Notes: a model not told the origin generated them from the letters alone. A stretch of 64,000 nucleotides of DNA from Psilocybe cubensis (GCA_017499595.2 CM039008.1:372001-436000); one strand, 5' to 3'; counted from the first letter of the stretch, positions 41,201 through 55,137 are shown. A program made the numbers and translations.

Positions 41201-42846
41201 TAATGTAGTGAGGTCAGTGAGGCCAGCCAGCCGCGAAGCTCGGTTGCTGACAGAGCCACCGAGCAAGAAGCGCAGAACCTGGTGCTTCGCATGAGTTCTG
41301 CGCAAGGTTCCTTTCAAATCTTTAACAGCAAATAACCTCTAGCCGCATGCTACATCTGTAAATATCACTTTTCGTGTAATCGCTCCGATCCCGCCAGATG
41401 CGCCACACATACTCGACGTTTTTCGTTAATCTAGAGGACTGGCAAGGAATACTTCCTGGAGCTCTGTCGCGCATAATGTCAGTCTAACTTTGGTCACATA
41501 TGGTGCTAAAATTTTGGAGTTCAGTCAGCAAAGCAGATGACTCTGAATCAAACCATCACCCTTCAATTGTCAGTGGCACAGAGCATTGAGCACTTTAGAA
41601 GTATAAAAAGAAATGATCTGCAAAGCGGTGAGGTCGCCCTAATTATGACCTGTAAAGGATTTTTCTCCTGAGTAATACCACAGCTGTGGCAATTTGAGTG
41701 GATTCCCCATAAATCTAGGAGCCCCTTCCCAGCAAGACTTGAAATTCAAATGGGGAACGCGGCGCCACAAGAAAGATGCATGAAGCTTCGGTGTACCGAT
41801 GTTACTTTCAGTAGAGCCGCGTTGCATAAGACCCCTATTTCGTGTACACTGTAAAATTAGTTGCGCATGGTATTGAAGGTCTGGACAATCCAAAACGTGA
41901 TAAAAACGCGAGTATTTAATGAAGAACATGACCCTTACATGGTTCTCAGACTGGGCTATGAGTCTGCGCCACGCAAATCACTTATTCGATGGAGGTGTAA
42001 ATACTATTTCTGCATTGATTTCTGTGAGGTCAGTGTGACGTAGTAGACGTTGTGAATCCGCAGAGATTAAATATAGTCAGCGTGAACACTGACCCCGTTG
42101 GTATACAAACAGTTTAAAATCGATAGCACTCAAGAATAATGGCTAATCAATGCTAAATCGATGCCTGTCTATGAATTACAGTAATTTACCAGACTAGTAT
42201 TCTGAATTTTACGAATGTCTATTTCTTAACTCGTACGTTTTCTCTTCAGTTATTGGAAAGCCCAAGGAAAACCTCAGAATCAACGGTTGACAAGACTAAC
42301 CGGCCGGATAAGCCCAGATAGCCGGCCCCTATCCAACTTGGTAGCGCTGCGCCGAGTGTTCTCAACTCCAATAATATTCGTTCTATGTGGAGCTTTAGTG
42401 AGATTTAAATGCTGCTCTGAAGTCTCTTATCTGGAAAAACATCTTCGCTCCGCATACTTAATTACGAAGATACATATCTGCTTGGCGCTTACATGGCGCC
42501 CATTGAAGCGTGTCAAAAGGGCGGCTGGAACTATCATTATTCTATTTCTTGCGTCTCTAGTCCACTAAACATAGCAACCTGAGCGCAGTCTATATGACGG
42601 TATAAATAACCAGAGGGAAAGGAAGCTATTTATTAAATAAGCTGAGCAGTACTGTGAGCAAGAAGTCGCCAGCTCTGACGAAATATTCATATTTAAAGCA
42701 TTTTACATATCACATAGGCGTCACTGATAAGGTATCTTGGTCTGGATTATATATAATAAGTCTACTGGTGCGTTCACACCCCAGTGTCAACCTCGAAGAC
42801 CAAGCATCAGACTTCCCCTGCTACACAAATACGCCTACTTTCTACA

Positions 42847-45207
42847 ATGTCGGGCACGTACACACACCACTTCGATTCACCAACATTCAAGGGGACGTCG
42901 ACTATCCATACGGGGTGTGTGACCTGGGCCATACAAACGAAATTTATACTAACAATTGGTACCATCTGCAGACTATTTATCGGAGGAAAATGGGTTGACC
43001 CAGTCGAAGGTGGTACCATTGAGTGAGTGTGCAAGAATATTGATCTATCTCCCTCTCATCAAGCGCCGGATTACACGTTGACATTTCTGGCGTAGAGTGG
43101 TTAATCCAGGTACGAAACAGCCACTGAACTCGGTGTAAAAGTGATATCTCATCTAGGTTGTATATAGCTACGGCAGCCGTCATCACCGCTGTCGCAGGTG
43201 GAACAAAGGCAGATGTAGATATCGCTGTTGATATTGCTAAGAAGGCGAGTAAGATCATGGAAATTAACAGGGTAGACTGAGTGACAATCTCATCCTTCAG
43301 GCATACAAAACCTCTTGGGGTTTTAGATGCCCCGGAGCGGAAAGGGGAAAGCTCCTTAACAAGCTTGCAGATTTGTTGGAGAAGAACATTGATGAATTCG
43401 CAGCTTTGGAGAGTCTTAACACTGGTGCGTACAGCCATACACTGTGGTATGAATTTGATACAATCTATTATATCACATAGGAAAGGTCTATATGTACTCA
43501 AAGCTATCTGACATTGGGTCCACGATTCGAGTCCTGAGGTATTACGCAGGCTGGGCGGATAAAAATCAGGGCAAGGTTATTGAGGTGAGCCATTACAAAA
43601 CCTTACCAATGACGGACTTTACAAGTCAATTAGACCAAAGAAACCAAGCTCGCATATTCAAGACACGAGCCTTATGGCGTCGTCGTGAGTCTAGTTAATT
43701 TGATATTTCCGCGATCGGGCACAAAGCAGTACTGCATTCCAGGGTCAAATTATTCCTTGGAACTTCCCTATGGTATGTGAACATTAATCCGCTCGCATCG
43801 TCCGACTTCCCAACAACTATTTTAGGCTATGCTCTCGTGGAAAATCGGCCCTGCCCTCGCCACTGGAAATACGATAGTTTTGAAGCCTTCTGAGGTCACG
43901 CCTCTCACTGCTCTTAGACTGTGCGACCTCATAAATGAGGCCGGCTTCCCTCCAGGAGTAGTCAACATTGTGAATGGATATGGTAAGCGATGCATTCACA
44001 CTCAGTCTCCAACGGATGTGAAATGGCAGAAGAACTAATTACTTCATAACTCTCAGGACACACTGTTGGACAGGCAATTAGCGAGCATCCCCTTATTGAA
44101 AAGGTTGCATTCACGGGAAGCACTCTTACTGGGAGGAAAATATTGAAGGCATCGGCTGAAACTAATTTGAAAGTTGTCACATTGGAATTAGGAGGGAAGA
44201 GTCCCACAGTCATCTTCGACGATGCAGACCTTGACTTGGCTATCAAGTGGGCATCCAGTGGCATCTTGTAAGCATTTCCTACACTCGAATTTCCCCCGTG
44301 GAATCCGACGCGTCTAATGGGTTTTACTTTTCACGCAACGCAAATTGATAGCTTCAATATGGGTACGTACCTCTCAAATAGACGGTCGCACAAAGTGAAA
44401 ATTAACGATAAATGCTACGATAGGGCAATCTTGTACAGCTGGTTCCAGAATTCTAGTACAGGAAGGCATATATGATAAGTTCATAGAAAGCTTTAAGGAT
44501 GTTGCGAAAAAGCTTTCAGAGGGAACAGGAGACCCTTTCACTCCAGGGACTCTTCATGGTCCACAAGTCTCCAAAGTTCAATTTGATGTGAGATAGATCT
44601 CTGCACCATATCATCCACACCTAAATATCCTCGACCTAGCGCGTTATGAATTACATTGAATCCGGAAAACAAGAAGGCGCCAATGTCATTATTGGAGGAG
44701 AGCGGCACGGCGATCAAGGCTACTTCATCAAACCAACCCTCTTCACAGAAACCACTCCTCAGATGAAAATTGTTCGAGAAGAGATCTTCGGACCGGTTGC
44801 GGTAATAATTAAATTCAAAACCGAAGAGGAGGCTATCGAGATTGCCAACGACACTGTCTATGGTCTAGGCTGCCATGTTTTCAGCCAAAATATCAGTCGC
44901 GCCATTAGGGTAGCTCATGCTCTCGAGGCAGGTAGCGCTTGGGTATGTTCAACTCACTGAACAAGTCCAAGTCATATGTCTGACGCAATTGTACAGGTAA
45001 ACTGCGCGCAAGACACGGAGGTTTGCGTGCCGTTCGGGGGATACAAACAATCTGGCATTGGTAGAGAACTAGGAGAATATGCTCTTGAAACGTACGTCAT
45101 TTGTATAGTGTGCATGTTTTGTGATTAATGTTATTCTAATTCATTTGTATTGGCGTCATTCTAGATATACTCAAGTTAAAGGGGTGCACATCAATATCGG
45201 AAATTAG
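42847..45207 (+). CDS. Aldehyde dehydrogenase (ALDH1/2-like), many introns
   Basis: [80 protein letters not shown]. Confidence 0.93.
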
Positions 45208-46073
45208 CAGATGATAGGGAAATGCTCTGGAGAATATGTCACGAAGAGATTGAACGTGTTCTATATACTGTTGTATCAATCTATGTTATCATTAGTACCA
45301 GTGATTGGTGTCTATATGAATGCAATTAACACTGTCAACTGAGGTAATGTTGATGACCCTAAGAAAATCATGTTACAATTTTCTGGTCTTCTGCCATTCG
45401 GAAATGAACCCTGTTTTCCTCTGATAAGCACTGAGAAGTTCTAGTGGTTGTCCCCAAACCTAGTAAAGTGATTATTTTTAAATTAGTACCTCGGAAAACT
45501 TGATCGTTCTTAATGATTCAGTCTCAGGCTGCATCACCTCGTAAGACCCGTACAACTAGCCTCCGGGATTTCCAGATACGACTTAAATGATGTGTGAGCT
45601 TGAAGGCAGTATAGTAGAGTCCACCTCAAAATATACGTAAAAGAGAAATCAAGTTTAATAATAAGTCGATGTGTCAATCACACCCATGGATATCAGCGCC
45701 CATCTGCCACCCAAGTGGTGTTCATATCCCATGACCTCGTAAACTCATCGTATATTACTTTGAATATACTAGCTTCGATATACTCTACTTACTGAGAAAT
45801 TTGCGACATATTCCTAGTGCACATGTTGAGAGACACGCTTTGATTCTCTTGCAAATTCAAACGAGCGCGATTAGGGGCTACATGGTGGTTACAAACTTTA
45901 GACGTCTTCATTGGCAGGTCTCGCTACCATCACACGTAACTGATATCCGAAGCATAGACGGTATAAAACTTGATGATCTTTTTGATACTCACTTGGTACT
46001 TAAAAGCCTTTAATGGACTTGACTCAGTTCCTCGGCCATTTCTATTCATTCCCTTCGCCCAAATTTCGTCTCA

Positions 46074-47242
46074 ATGAATTCCCTTCATAGCTCAGATATT
46101 CTAACATCCGATGTAGTGTTTTTAACGGATATACCGTTTCCGCAATTAGGAACACCGTCTGCTAACTTGGCTCTTTTTGTGGTTGGTTTGCTAGGGGTAT
46201 GCAAGCCATCTTTGCGTATCAAGCCAATTGATGTTCATCTAGACGACTCCTTAAGGCTCTTGTGTGGGATATCGTCAGCAACATCAATGCCGACTACCAC
46301 ATCGTACACGATTATCCTATAGCAGTGGCTACATTTGTTTACATTTTATCCAGGTGATTGAAGAATAGCTTATGGGTCAAGCCTACAGCTTACATCGGCA
46401 CCAATTCAAAAGGATTTCGACTCTTGTGACCTTTATCCTTTTTGCAATTGTTAACAGTACGTACTCCCCAATTTAAAGCAATTCCGACATGACACCACTC
46501 CATTCTGCCGTTATCAGCTCAGCACAGCCCCGATTGTCATCAGATGCTATACATTGTGTCATGGATGGCGGCTGTGTCGATTTCTTCCACGGCTTTGTTA
46601 TTTTTTTTGCGGGTTCGGGCAGTATACCCTAATAGAAAATACGTGGTCACGTTCTACTTTTTTCTATGGCTGGCTGTCGTTGCGGGATGTATATTCGAAA
46701 CTCAAAATGGGGGAAAGAAAATTCAAAAAATCCAAGCACCCGGCACATATTGCGTTGAAGGGGCGGATTTGAATTTTATCTCATTAGTAACTTCTATGAC
46801 CACGATCCCTATGGTCAATGACACTTTGGTTTTCGCCGCAATGACATACAGGTTGATGCAAAACGCGCACGTCAAGTTTAACCTTAGCAATGGGTTTAGG
46901 GTTATGATCTTAGGGCATTACCTTCCTGCTTTCTCTCGAGCGTTGCTAAAGGACGGTCAGGTCTATTTCCTGTAAGATTCTGTGACATTGCTCAGAATTT
47001 GGAGCTAACTCTGATTGTTATATGTATACAGGAGTACTGTTACACTGTCCATTGTTTCTACCATTATCTTCTATGCATCATTGCCCATCTCTTCCTCAGT
47101 TAGAGCATCATTTGTATATCCGAATATTGCGTTCATGAACATGATGGGATGTAGACTCTTTCGACACACAAAGCTTCGACTTTATAAACTCTCAGATCCC
47201 TCTCCGGATCGAGAGGCCTCCCAGCCCATGGAATTTGCATAG
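46074..47242 (+). CDS. Multi-pass membrane protein of an expanded Agaricomycete family (putative 7TM)
   Basis: Hydrophobic helices; 'ALVWDIVSN', 'LLFFLRVRAVY', 'VNDTLVFAAMTYRL', 'LPAFSRALLKDGQVYFL', 'NIAFMNMMGCRLFRHTK'. Confidence 0.75.
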
Positions 47243-47805
47243 GATGGGTGAATCCACGGTGAAGCACCACATCAGCATTCAGGCGTGCCCCTGTTGTGTA
47301 TTAAGGCTATATTACAGCCTAGACATATATTCGTTAGGTGGAATCATGTAACTGTTTATTTCTCTATGCCAATACATGCCATGCGTCAGTATCTTGCTTG
47401 TGTTTTCATGACCGTACCCTCGTGGGAGCCCGTTGGCCTTGATATGAAACAAAAAGGTACCACTGTCAATATTCTACTTTTGTGAAGCTTGGGCCTCTGT
47501 TTGAATGGCCTCATCAAAAGACGCGGCTTAGGACTATGTTCATCAATCAGAAACCCCGAGTGGCTGAGGCTGCACTGTAATTAACACATATTTAAGCTGT
47601 GTCACTCTAACTAAGAAAGGCTTCGTTTGTTCCCTGAGTTTACAATAATTATCAACTATATTTTGGCGGTAAAGTCATACAAAGATTTACAGTAAGGCCC
47701 TATCTCCACCGGCGATGCTTTATGCACACAAGTCCGTCCCGGCATCCCGGCCATCGGGAACTTGAATCTCCGCTCTAAATTGGATCACCCGTTACGATTT
47801 TACAA

Positions 47806-49416
47806 TTATTTTTTCATGTTGTTTGTCCTTGCCAACACCTCCAAAAAATCCCGAGTCGCCGCCTCGATAGCCCGGTTCTTCATGTCTTCATTCCTGGCTT
47901 CCCAATCTGCTGAAGTCCTAACTACTTTCCAGGACGTTTTCTCCAAAGAAATCCACCACTCGCTCTCGAATGGATGACCAGGCGATCCCACATATCCCCA
48001 GGGCTTTGCTGTCGGAGGTTGTACGTACGGATTCAGAATTTCAATCAGCGTGGGGTGGACAGGTCCGGTGAAATGAACAATGTGCGGATCTTCTTTCATT
48101 GGATTAAGGTCAAGTGCATTCCGATCATCCGATGGATATTGCGCATAGGTCCCTAATCCCTGGGCATTCCATTTCAGATCCAAAGAAAGCCAGTCGTTTT
48201 GAAAATGCAAATTCAGAGCATCCTGGTCAAGGTGTTTAGCGTTTTTCATTGACTTTGCAAGTTGTGTCAAAGCAGTAGAATTTTGTCGTGCGCGCGATAA
48301 ATCGACGAGAATGACTCCCGCATTAAAGTACGGCCGTCTTTTGTCTTTATCGTGACCCATAGGATACCCCACGTCAGGGGCGGCAGCTATCGTCTTTCCT
48401 TTCAGGTCTGTATTCCAGAGGGCGCGGACACTTTCGCGCACAAGGATGTCAGCGTCTAGGTAGAGCACGCGTTCGACGGGAAGGATGCCCAACATGTCAA
48501 TCTTCGCCCATACCGGCCCCATTGCCTTTGCAAGACCATCGTCAGGTAGCTCCAAAAATTGCAACGTTACTCTATCCCCCTGAGCTGAAATGATGTCCAG
48601 GAACCTGTCCTTATCTGTCCTAACCAGTCCGCAATCAATAACGAACAGTGTAATCCGTCCTGGGGTCCTCTCAACAACACTGAGAATTGATACAGCAGCG
48701 CCTATGGCATATCCAGAGTTGACGGCGAGCGCTATATTGATTTCGTACTCCATCACTTCGTCTACTGGATGATTGCCTTCCAGTAGGAAACCCAATCGCA
48801 TTTCGGCCACTTTTCGGACAACAACTTGATAATGCTCGTCATCTGTCAGACGTTCATACTCTCCATGGTGAAGGGCCAAAAATGCATCAATTCCCCTCTT
48901 AGGGTGATGAATACTCCCCTCAGGTTCCTTGTTCCAGTGATAATCGTCGAAGATGATAATCGCGTCTTTCCTCGCTAGGCGCCACGCCAACTCCCCATCA
49001 AGCATGGTGTCGTCCGCTCGGTGCGATCCATCTATGTAAATCCAGTCAAAACCAGGGTTTTTGGATCCTAACTCTTCCGATAAGAGGCTCATAAGACCTG
49101 GAATGCTGAATTGGGGGAGGATCCGATGTCTTTTTCCTGTCACCTCGAGGTTATGTTTGATTTTTGCGTATCGCTGCTGGCCAGCGGAGGTTCGGAGAAG
49201 GTCAAAGTGATCAATGCATACGATTTCTCCTCCACTTTTGCAGACATTATTGAGGAGAAACACTGCCGATCTTCCCTCCCAAGAACCAACTTCGAGGACA
49301 CGGGGCTTGTCGGAGCGTATTAAGGGAAACAGATCGGTCCAGCTCTGTATGTTGTGTGAGAACCAATCCTGGGTTGGCGTGAATTGGTATACGGTGGTGT
49401 TGGGAATCAAAGACAT
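47806..49416 (-). CDS. Intronless fusion of a class I SAM methyltransferase (Methyltransf_24-like) and a glycosyltransferase family 8 domain
   Basis: VLEVGSWEGRS, CIDHFD, FDWIYIDGSH, IFDDYHW; GT8 motifs RVLYLDADILV, YFNAGVILVDL, DQDALN, WNAQ, IVHFTGP..KPW; likely start is MSLIPN at 49416. Confidence 0.88.
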   Translation of the reverse strand: MSLIPNTTVYQFTPTQDWFSHNIQSWTDLFPLIRSDKPRVLEVGSWEGRSAVFLLNNVCKSGGEIVCIDHFDLLRTSAGQQRYAKIKHNLEVTGKRHRILPQFSIPGLMSLLSEELGSKNPGFDWIYIDGSHRADDTMLDGELAWRLARKDAIIIFDDYHWNKEPEGSIHHPKRGIDAFLALHHGEYERLTDDEHYQVVVRKVAEMRLGFLLEGNHPVDEVMEYEINIALAVNSGYAIGAAVSILSVVERTPGRITLFVIDCGLVRTDKDRFLDIISAQGDRVTLQFLELPDDGLAKAMGPVWAKIDMLGILPVERVLYLDADILVRESVRALWNTDLKGKTIAAAPDVGYPMGHDKDKRRPYFNAGVILVDLSRARQNSTALTQLAKSMKNAKHLDQDALNLHFQNDWLSLDLKWNAQGLGTYAQYPSDDRNALDLNPMKEDPHIVHFTGPVHPTLIEILNPYVQPPTAKPWGYVGSPGHPFESEWWISLEKTSWKVVRTSADWEARNEDMKNRAIEAATRDFLEVLARTNNMKK

Positions 49417-50326
49417 GAGATAGACGAGACTGGAACAGATCTTGGCTGGTAGGTCAACTATTCGACTGTTGTTTTTATAGGATATTCTCACTTTGAATTT
49501 GGTAACCTGATCGTTCCATTCCCACATTCCCTTATTCGCAACCATGATGAACGTGCTTCCCTTTCAGCTCATTCTCTCATTCTAAGGCCGTCATATCGTC
49601 TCGATAAGCCCTGGAAACGGGAAGAAGCCTGCTTTAGGATATATTTCCTGCCCACATACTCGTTATTCAGATTAAGATTCAAAAATCATACTGGAAGTCA
49701 GAGCCTCGATGTAGCCGGAGGTGCGCTTATCGACGAACTCTCTCTCTGACAAGTCCGTAAGTTGTCTTTGCATATCCTTTGTGGGACCGTTATCTCACAC
49801 GGTAAACGTCAAATGTAGCCATGGACTTCTAGACTGAAGTTCAATAAGAGCGATGAACCGCGGTGAACAAGAGATTCTGCCTTTCTGTGGGTAGATATAC
49901 ACCTCTTTGACACCTTTGTCTCTTTATCTCCGCAATTCCAGGCGCTAAAGTTACCTTGCATCCGTAATGGTCTGCTGGAATGGAAAACAATTTTCTGAAT
50001 CCCCTTTGACGCCCAGAAGTGGATGGATAGATACGCGGCTATAAGTCATTATCCACGGAATGCTACGTAAGTTTGCCAATATGTTGCTCATACCGTACTG
50101 GACATGCAAGAGCTTTCTGCTAACAATGTAATGCTAAGGTGCCAGGAATCGTCTTTAGAGTTGTACAGGAATACTGTGGGGTTGTCGAATGCCTTCATAT
50201 GGTTCAGCTGTACTTATTGACCAATTTAATTGTCATTATCTCGCTACTCGCAAATGCTGTGAACAGGTCCAGCCCACGTATATAACAAGGGTTCTTCCAT
50301 CGACTCGCCCACTCAACATACCAGTC

Positions 50327-53300
50327 ATGGATAATCTCCTCCCCCAACCACAAGCTTCAAAAAGGCGCTACTTGATCACAGGTGGCCATGGATTTATAGT
50401 GGGTACTTTGTTTATTGAGGTTCGAGCCAACTGTACTGAAATATTTCCTAGGGATCCCACATTGCACGTCGCATGTTCGCTGCCGGCGAGGTTACGGTTC
50501 GAATCGTGGACATAGCACCTACGTCAGCGATAGAAGGTCCAATTTGCCACGAGTTTCTCAAGGGCAATCTGCTCGATATGTCCTTTTGCGAACAAGCTCT
50601 AGAGGGGGTCGACGTCGTTATCCACCTCGCTGCCAACATGGGTGGCATGGGAACAATCCACGATGACAATGATTTCCTTATCTATCAGGAGAACCATATG
50701 ATGACGATAAACATACTTCAAGCCTCTTTAGACGCCGGTGTCAAACAGCTATTATATGCATCATCGGCCTGTGTGTATCCCCAGGATTTGCAGAGTGACC
50801 AAACTGGAGACGTTTCTCTGCGCGAAACCGCAGTATGGACTCAATGTTCCCCACCTTCGCCTCAAGGTCTATATGGGCTCGAGAAGTTACACTCCGAAAA
50901 TATCATGCTGCTGGAACAGTTTGCAACTAAAATGGACATTCGAATTGCCCGGTTTCACAATATTTTTGGTCCCGGCGGTTCCTGGAAGGATGGCAGGGAG
51001 AAAGCGCCAGCTGCCATGCTTCGAAAAGCTCTGGCATTGAAGCGCGTTGGATTATCTGCCAATACCACGTTCGAGGTATGGGGAGATGGATATCAACGCC
51101 GAAGCTTTCTGTATGTTCTTGATGCTGTCGATGGAATCATGGCACTTCTGCAATCTAGGCACAATCCTGGCCCTATCAACATTGGTTCGGACAGATCCGT
51201 TACCATCCAGGACCTGGCAAATATGGCCCTCGAATGTGTCGGATTAGACCCCAAACAGGTCTCCTTTTCATATCATCTTGACAAGCCCGTTGGTGTCATA
51301 TCGAGAAATTCGAACAACGAGAGGGTAAAGGAAGTCCTTGATTGGGAACCTAAAATCAAACTATTGGAAGGCATGCAAAAGACTTGCGAATGGATGACAC
51401 GCCAGCTTAATCAATTAGAAGCGGGATCCGGTATTGACGAAAAATTTTTGGTCAGTAAAGTGATTCATCTTCGACCCCAGAAAATCACATTCGCCATTCT
51501 ACTTCCTATAACATCTCGAGGCACTGCAAATGCGATGGATTGCCTCTTGAACTTGAGGCGATTTGCAAAGTCCCTTGTTAATACAACCTGGAGGGATACT
51601 CGAGACACCTATGAGGGAGTCACGTTTCGCTTTGCTGTATATCTCGCAATCGATGCAGATGACGAGTTTCTTCTTCCTCATGGTCGCCATGAAGGCAAGG
51701 CTCAAGCCGTTTTACGCGACGAAGGCGTATTCAACATCACCTCTATCTACTGCGACCTCCCCCGAGGCCACGTATGTGCGCTTTGGAGAAAATGTGCCAA
51801 GAAGGCCTGGGTAGATGGGTGTGACTACTTGGTCCTTATGGGAGACGACATCATTCTTCATGATGAGGGATGGATGAGAAAAGCCTATACAGAGTTCTCT
51901 GATTTGGCGAATGAGCTTTTGGTGCCATACGGATTTGGTTGTGTTGCTTTCACTGATATATCATTTCCTGGTATGCCTACTTTTCCAATCGTTCATAGAA
52001 CCCACATGGACATCTTCGGCGAAGTGGTACCGGAAATCTTTGTCAATCAAGATGGTGACCCATTTCTGTTCCAGCTATACAGACGGTGGAACTCGTCCAG
52101 AATGTTCACATCAAGGATTTCCAATGGTGTTGGAGGTGAAAATGATGCTCGATACTCCAAGGCGCACGCTCAGAAATGGAAGTTCGGCCCTCTTGATCAG
52201 GCGGTTTCCGTTGCTCATAACTGGCTTCATGATCAAGCATGCAATCCCAATAGGATGGTGACCATTGATGTCGTTATTCCATGCTATAGGGTTGACATCT
52301 CAATCCTTGACCGGATTCTGTCCCTCAAGCCAACTACCACCGCTTGCGTTATGTTCATTATTATCATCGACGACCCGCTTTCCCCCAATATTTCTCAACT
52401 TGAATCAAAGTATTCAAGCCGTCCCGACGTACGCATTAGAGTTAACCGGAAGAACTTAGGGGCATCTGCCTCACGAAACAGGGGAATGGAAGAGTCGGCA
52501 GCTGATTGGATTCACTTCCTGGACGATGATGTGGTCCCTAGGCAAGACCTTCTGGAGCAGGCTGAGAAAGCAATTCGTTCTGAGCCCAGAGCCATTGGTT
52601 TTGTTGGGAAATCTATGTTCCCAGTAGCCGATACTGTATTCACTGCTGCTGTACATCTCGCCGGCGTGACTTATTTCTGGGGTATAGCAGGAGACAGCAA
52701 CCTGACTGACGATGTCCCTTGGGGTGTTACTGCCAATCTCATCACGCGACGCGTTGATGACTCCATTAATTTTGATTTGAAGTATCCTAAAACTGGGGGA
52801 GGGGAAGATATAGATTTCTGCCGTCTGAAGAGGCAATCTTCTCTTTCTAACAAAGGAAAGGGATTTATTGCAGCTCCGGATGTCCAGGTAATCCATCCGT
52901 GGTGGAATCACGGAACAAGGTCATATTGGCGCTTCTACCACTGGTCCGTAGGTGACGGTGGTCTTATTCAAGGCTTTCCAGAAAATGTTTACATCGACTA
53001 TGCACCAAACAGTGCTGAAATGCTGTTGTTCTGCGTTTGTGGATGTGCCGCCTCCTCGGTCTTGCTTCAGTTTAACTTGATGATTTCTTTTTGCGAGTTG
53101 TTCCTCTGCGTCATCCTCGCGAACACTCTGGATGACTATTATAGACATATGTGGAAACACCCGGAACGGACCGCATCTTTGGACATTAGCATCCGCAGGG
53201 GATCATTGCTATGGAGGCTTTCAGTTATTGAAAGCACGTTTATACGGATGTTTAGTGAAATAGGGCGCCTGCGGGGGTTGTTTTTGCGTGGGGAATACAC

Positions 53301-53427
53301 TCTTGTGATGAAACGGTTTGATTGGTTCGCTGGTCGACTCAACGATGCCCCAATTATGGAGGAAAGAATCAACAGTGTACGACGTGCAGTCCTTAGCATC
53401 TTCTTTTTCTTGTTGTTTCTGTATTAG
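50327..53427 (+). CDS. Fusion of a GDP-mannose 3,5-epimerase-like extended SDR, two GT-A (GT2-like) domains and C-terminal TM helices; one intron
   Basis: LITGGHGFI/GSH split by an intron (~50399-50450); LAANMGGMG, YASSACVYP, YGLEKL, RFHNIFGP, GREKAPAA, WGDG..RSF; GT-A 1 'ILLPITSRG...VLMGDDI'; GT-A 2 'VVIPCYR...GASASRNRG...FLDDDV...GGEDIDF'. Confidence 0.88.
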
Positions 53428-53919
53428 ATGTTGATGTACCTCGCCCAATAACATGAGCACAGGGATCTTGCACATTGCATTTTCATATCAACTTTTCAAG
53501 GTGAAGCCTCAGTCGCTTTGCGAATCAGTTTCAACATGAAGATTTGACACTTTTTATACAGATAATAGTCCGACGTTTCATTACCATCCCTTGACAACGT
53601 TCTCTTGGACCTGTGTCCCAAACAACCGCCCTTGCCAGTACATCAACTTTGAAGTACACACTCGCGGGGAAATTGGTATGTCTGGTTGATCGCCAGTTGG
53701 TTAGTCAAGGTTAGTTACAACAAACTGGTTGACTTGTAATGTTACAAGTTGTGCTATCGTCCATATGGTATAAAACATGAACTGATGGAGTCTGAGTCAT
53801 GACATTGAATTAAGTAGTACGTAAGTTTTTTCTATCTTTGCATCCGTATACTAGCCGGCTTCCCATAAGAAATGTATAAGTACTTTTCAGACCTACGTTA
53901 AGTTCGCGTCCTCTTCGCA

Positions 53920-55137
53920 ATGAGTAACCACAAATCTGCAGAGTTATACAACTCCGAAGTGGGTCCAATGCTAGGATCCCAGGCAGCAACTCTTGCGTTC
54001 GTCGCAGTGGGGTCATTGTCCGTACGTCCTGGTCACCGTCCTGGTCGCCCTTCGCAAGGGGAACATAATTGAATTACTGATTTTAGGCTATTATTTGGGA
54101 TATTCTGAGTAATATAGCACTCGACTTCTACATTCTTTGTAACTTTTCAGTCTCGACGACGATAGTCGTCTACTTTGTGTCCAGGTGAGTTTGCAAATTG
54201 AGCCTCATGGTTTTGTAGGAAAAATAGCACTGAATCTGTGTTACTTCAAGATTTGCGTCACTAGTCGCCTTTGTATTGGTCTCTATTCTCAGTAGTATGT
54301 CCTTGTCTATCCTATTTGGCGATAGGTGAATCGCCTGACTAGTTATGTATCATTTAATTTGGCAGCACAATCTATGGAGAATTGTTCGAGGATGACCGAG
54401 GTTCTTTCCTGGATGATGGCCGCCTCCCTCTCATCGACGACATTGCTTTTCTTCCTAAGGCTCCGGGGAATATACGCCGATAAACCGTACGTTATCGCAT
54501 TTTTCTTCATGTCGTGGATAGCAATCGTCGTGGGATGCATAGTCGGAACGCGGTCTAAATCGGAGATGAGGGGTGAAAATGGAGGTTTTGTTAACCATGG
54601 GTACTGTATATCAGGCCCAATCGACCTTTTCCCGCTCATAACCGCTATGTCTACAATCCCTATGATCAACGACACCCTAACGTTTGCTGCAATTACCTGG
54701 CGTCTTGTGCGAATGTCGGAACACGACAACTCCGACCTCAGGAAAAGTTTGAGCACTCTTGTACTTGGACGCTACTTACCCGCCCTCTCAAGAGCTCTTC
54801 TCAAAGACGGCCAAGTATATTTTTTGTGAGTAGTCCAACAGTATAGAATTCCAATGAGAAATTCACGAAATTCAACAGGAGTACGGTAACGCTTTCCTTT
54901 CTTTCTACGACGCTATACTACGTCGAAGGATCCCCTCATACCTTTAGCGCGGGTCTTGTTTTCCCAAACATTGCACTCATGAATCTCATGGGATGCAGAA
55001 TATTTAGAAACACCAAAATCGGACTGCGCGCTTTAGTGGACAACTCTGAAGACACCAACTATGTTTCGCAGCCAATAGCCTTCCGTTCAAATACAGTCAA
55101 CACGGTGTCATCACCCACCAGAGTCTCCGAAGCTTGA
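53920..55137 (+). CDS. Multi-pass membrane protein, paralog of 46074-47242
   Basis: Same exon layout; 'AIIWDILSN', 'LLFFLRLRGIY', 'INDTLTFAAITWRL', 'LPALSRALLKDGQVYFL', 'NIALMNLMGCRIFRNTK'. Confidence 0.78.

Noticed and set aside
38300-42800. Numerous 60-100 aa ORFs in the long intergenic region
   Set aside because: No domain motifs, mostly non-ATG starts, no splice-consistent gene model
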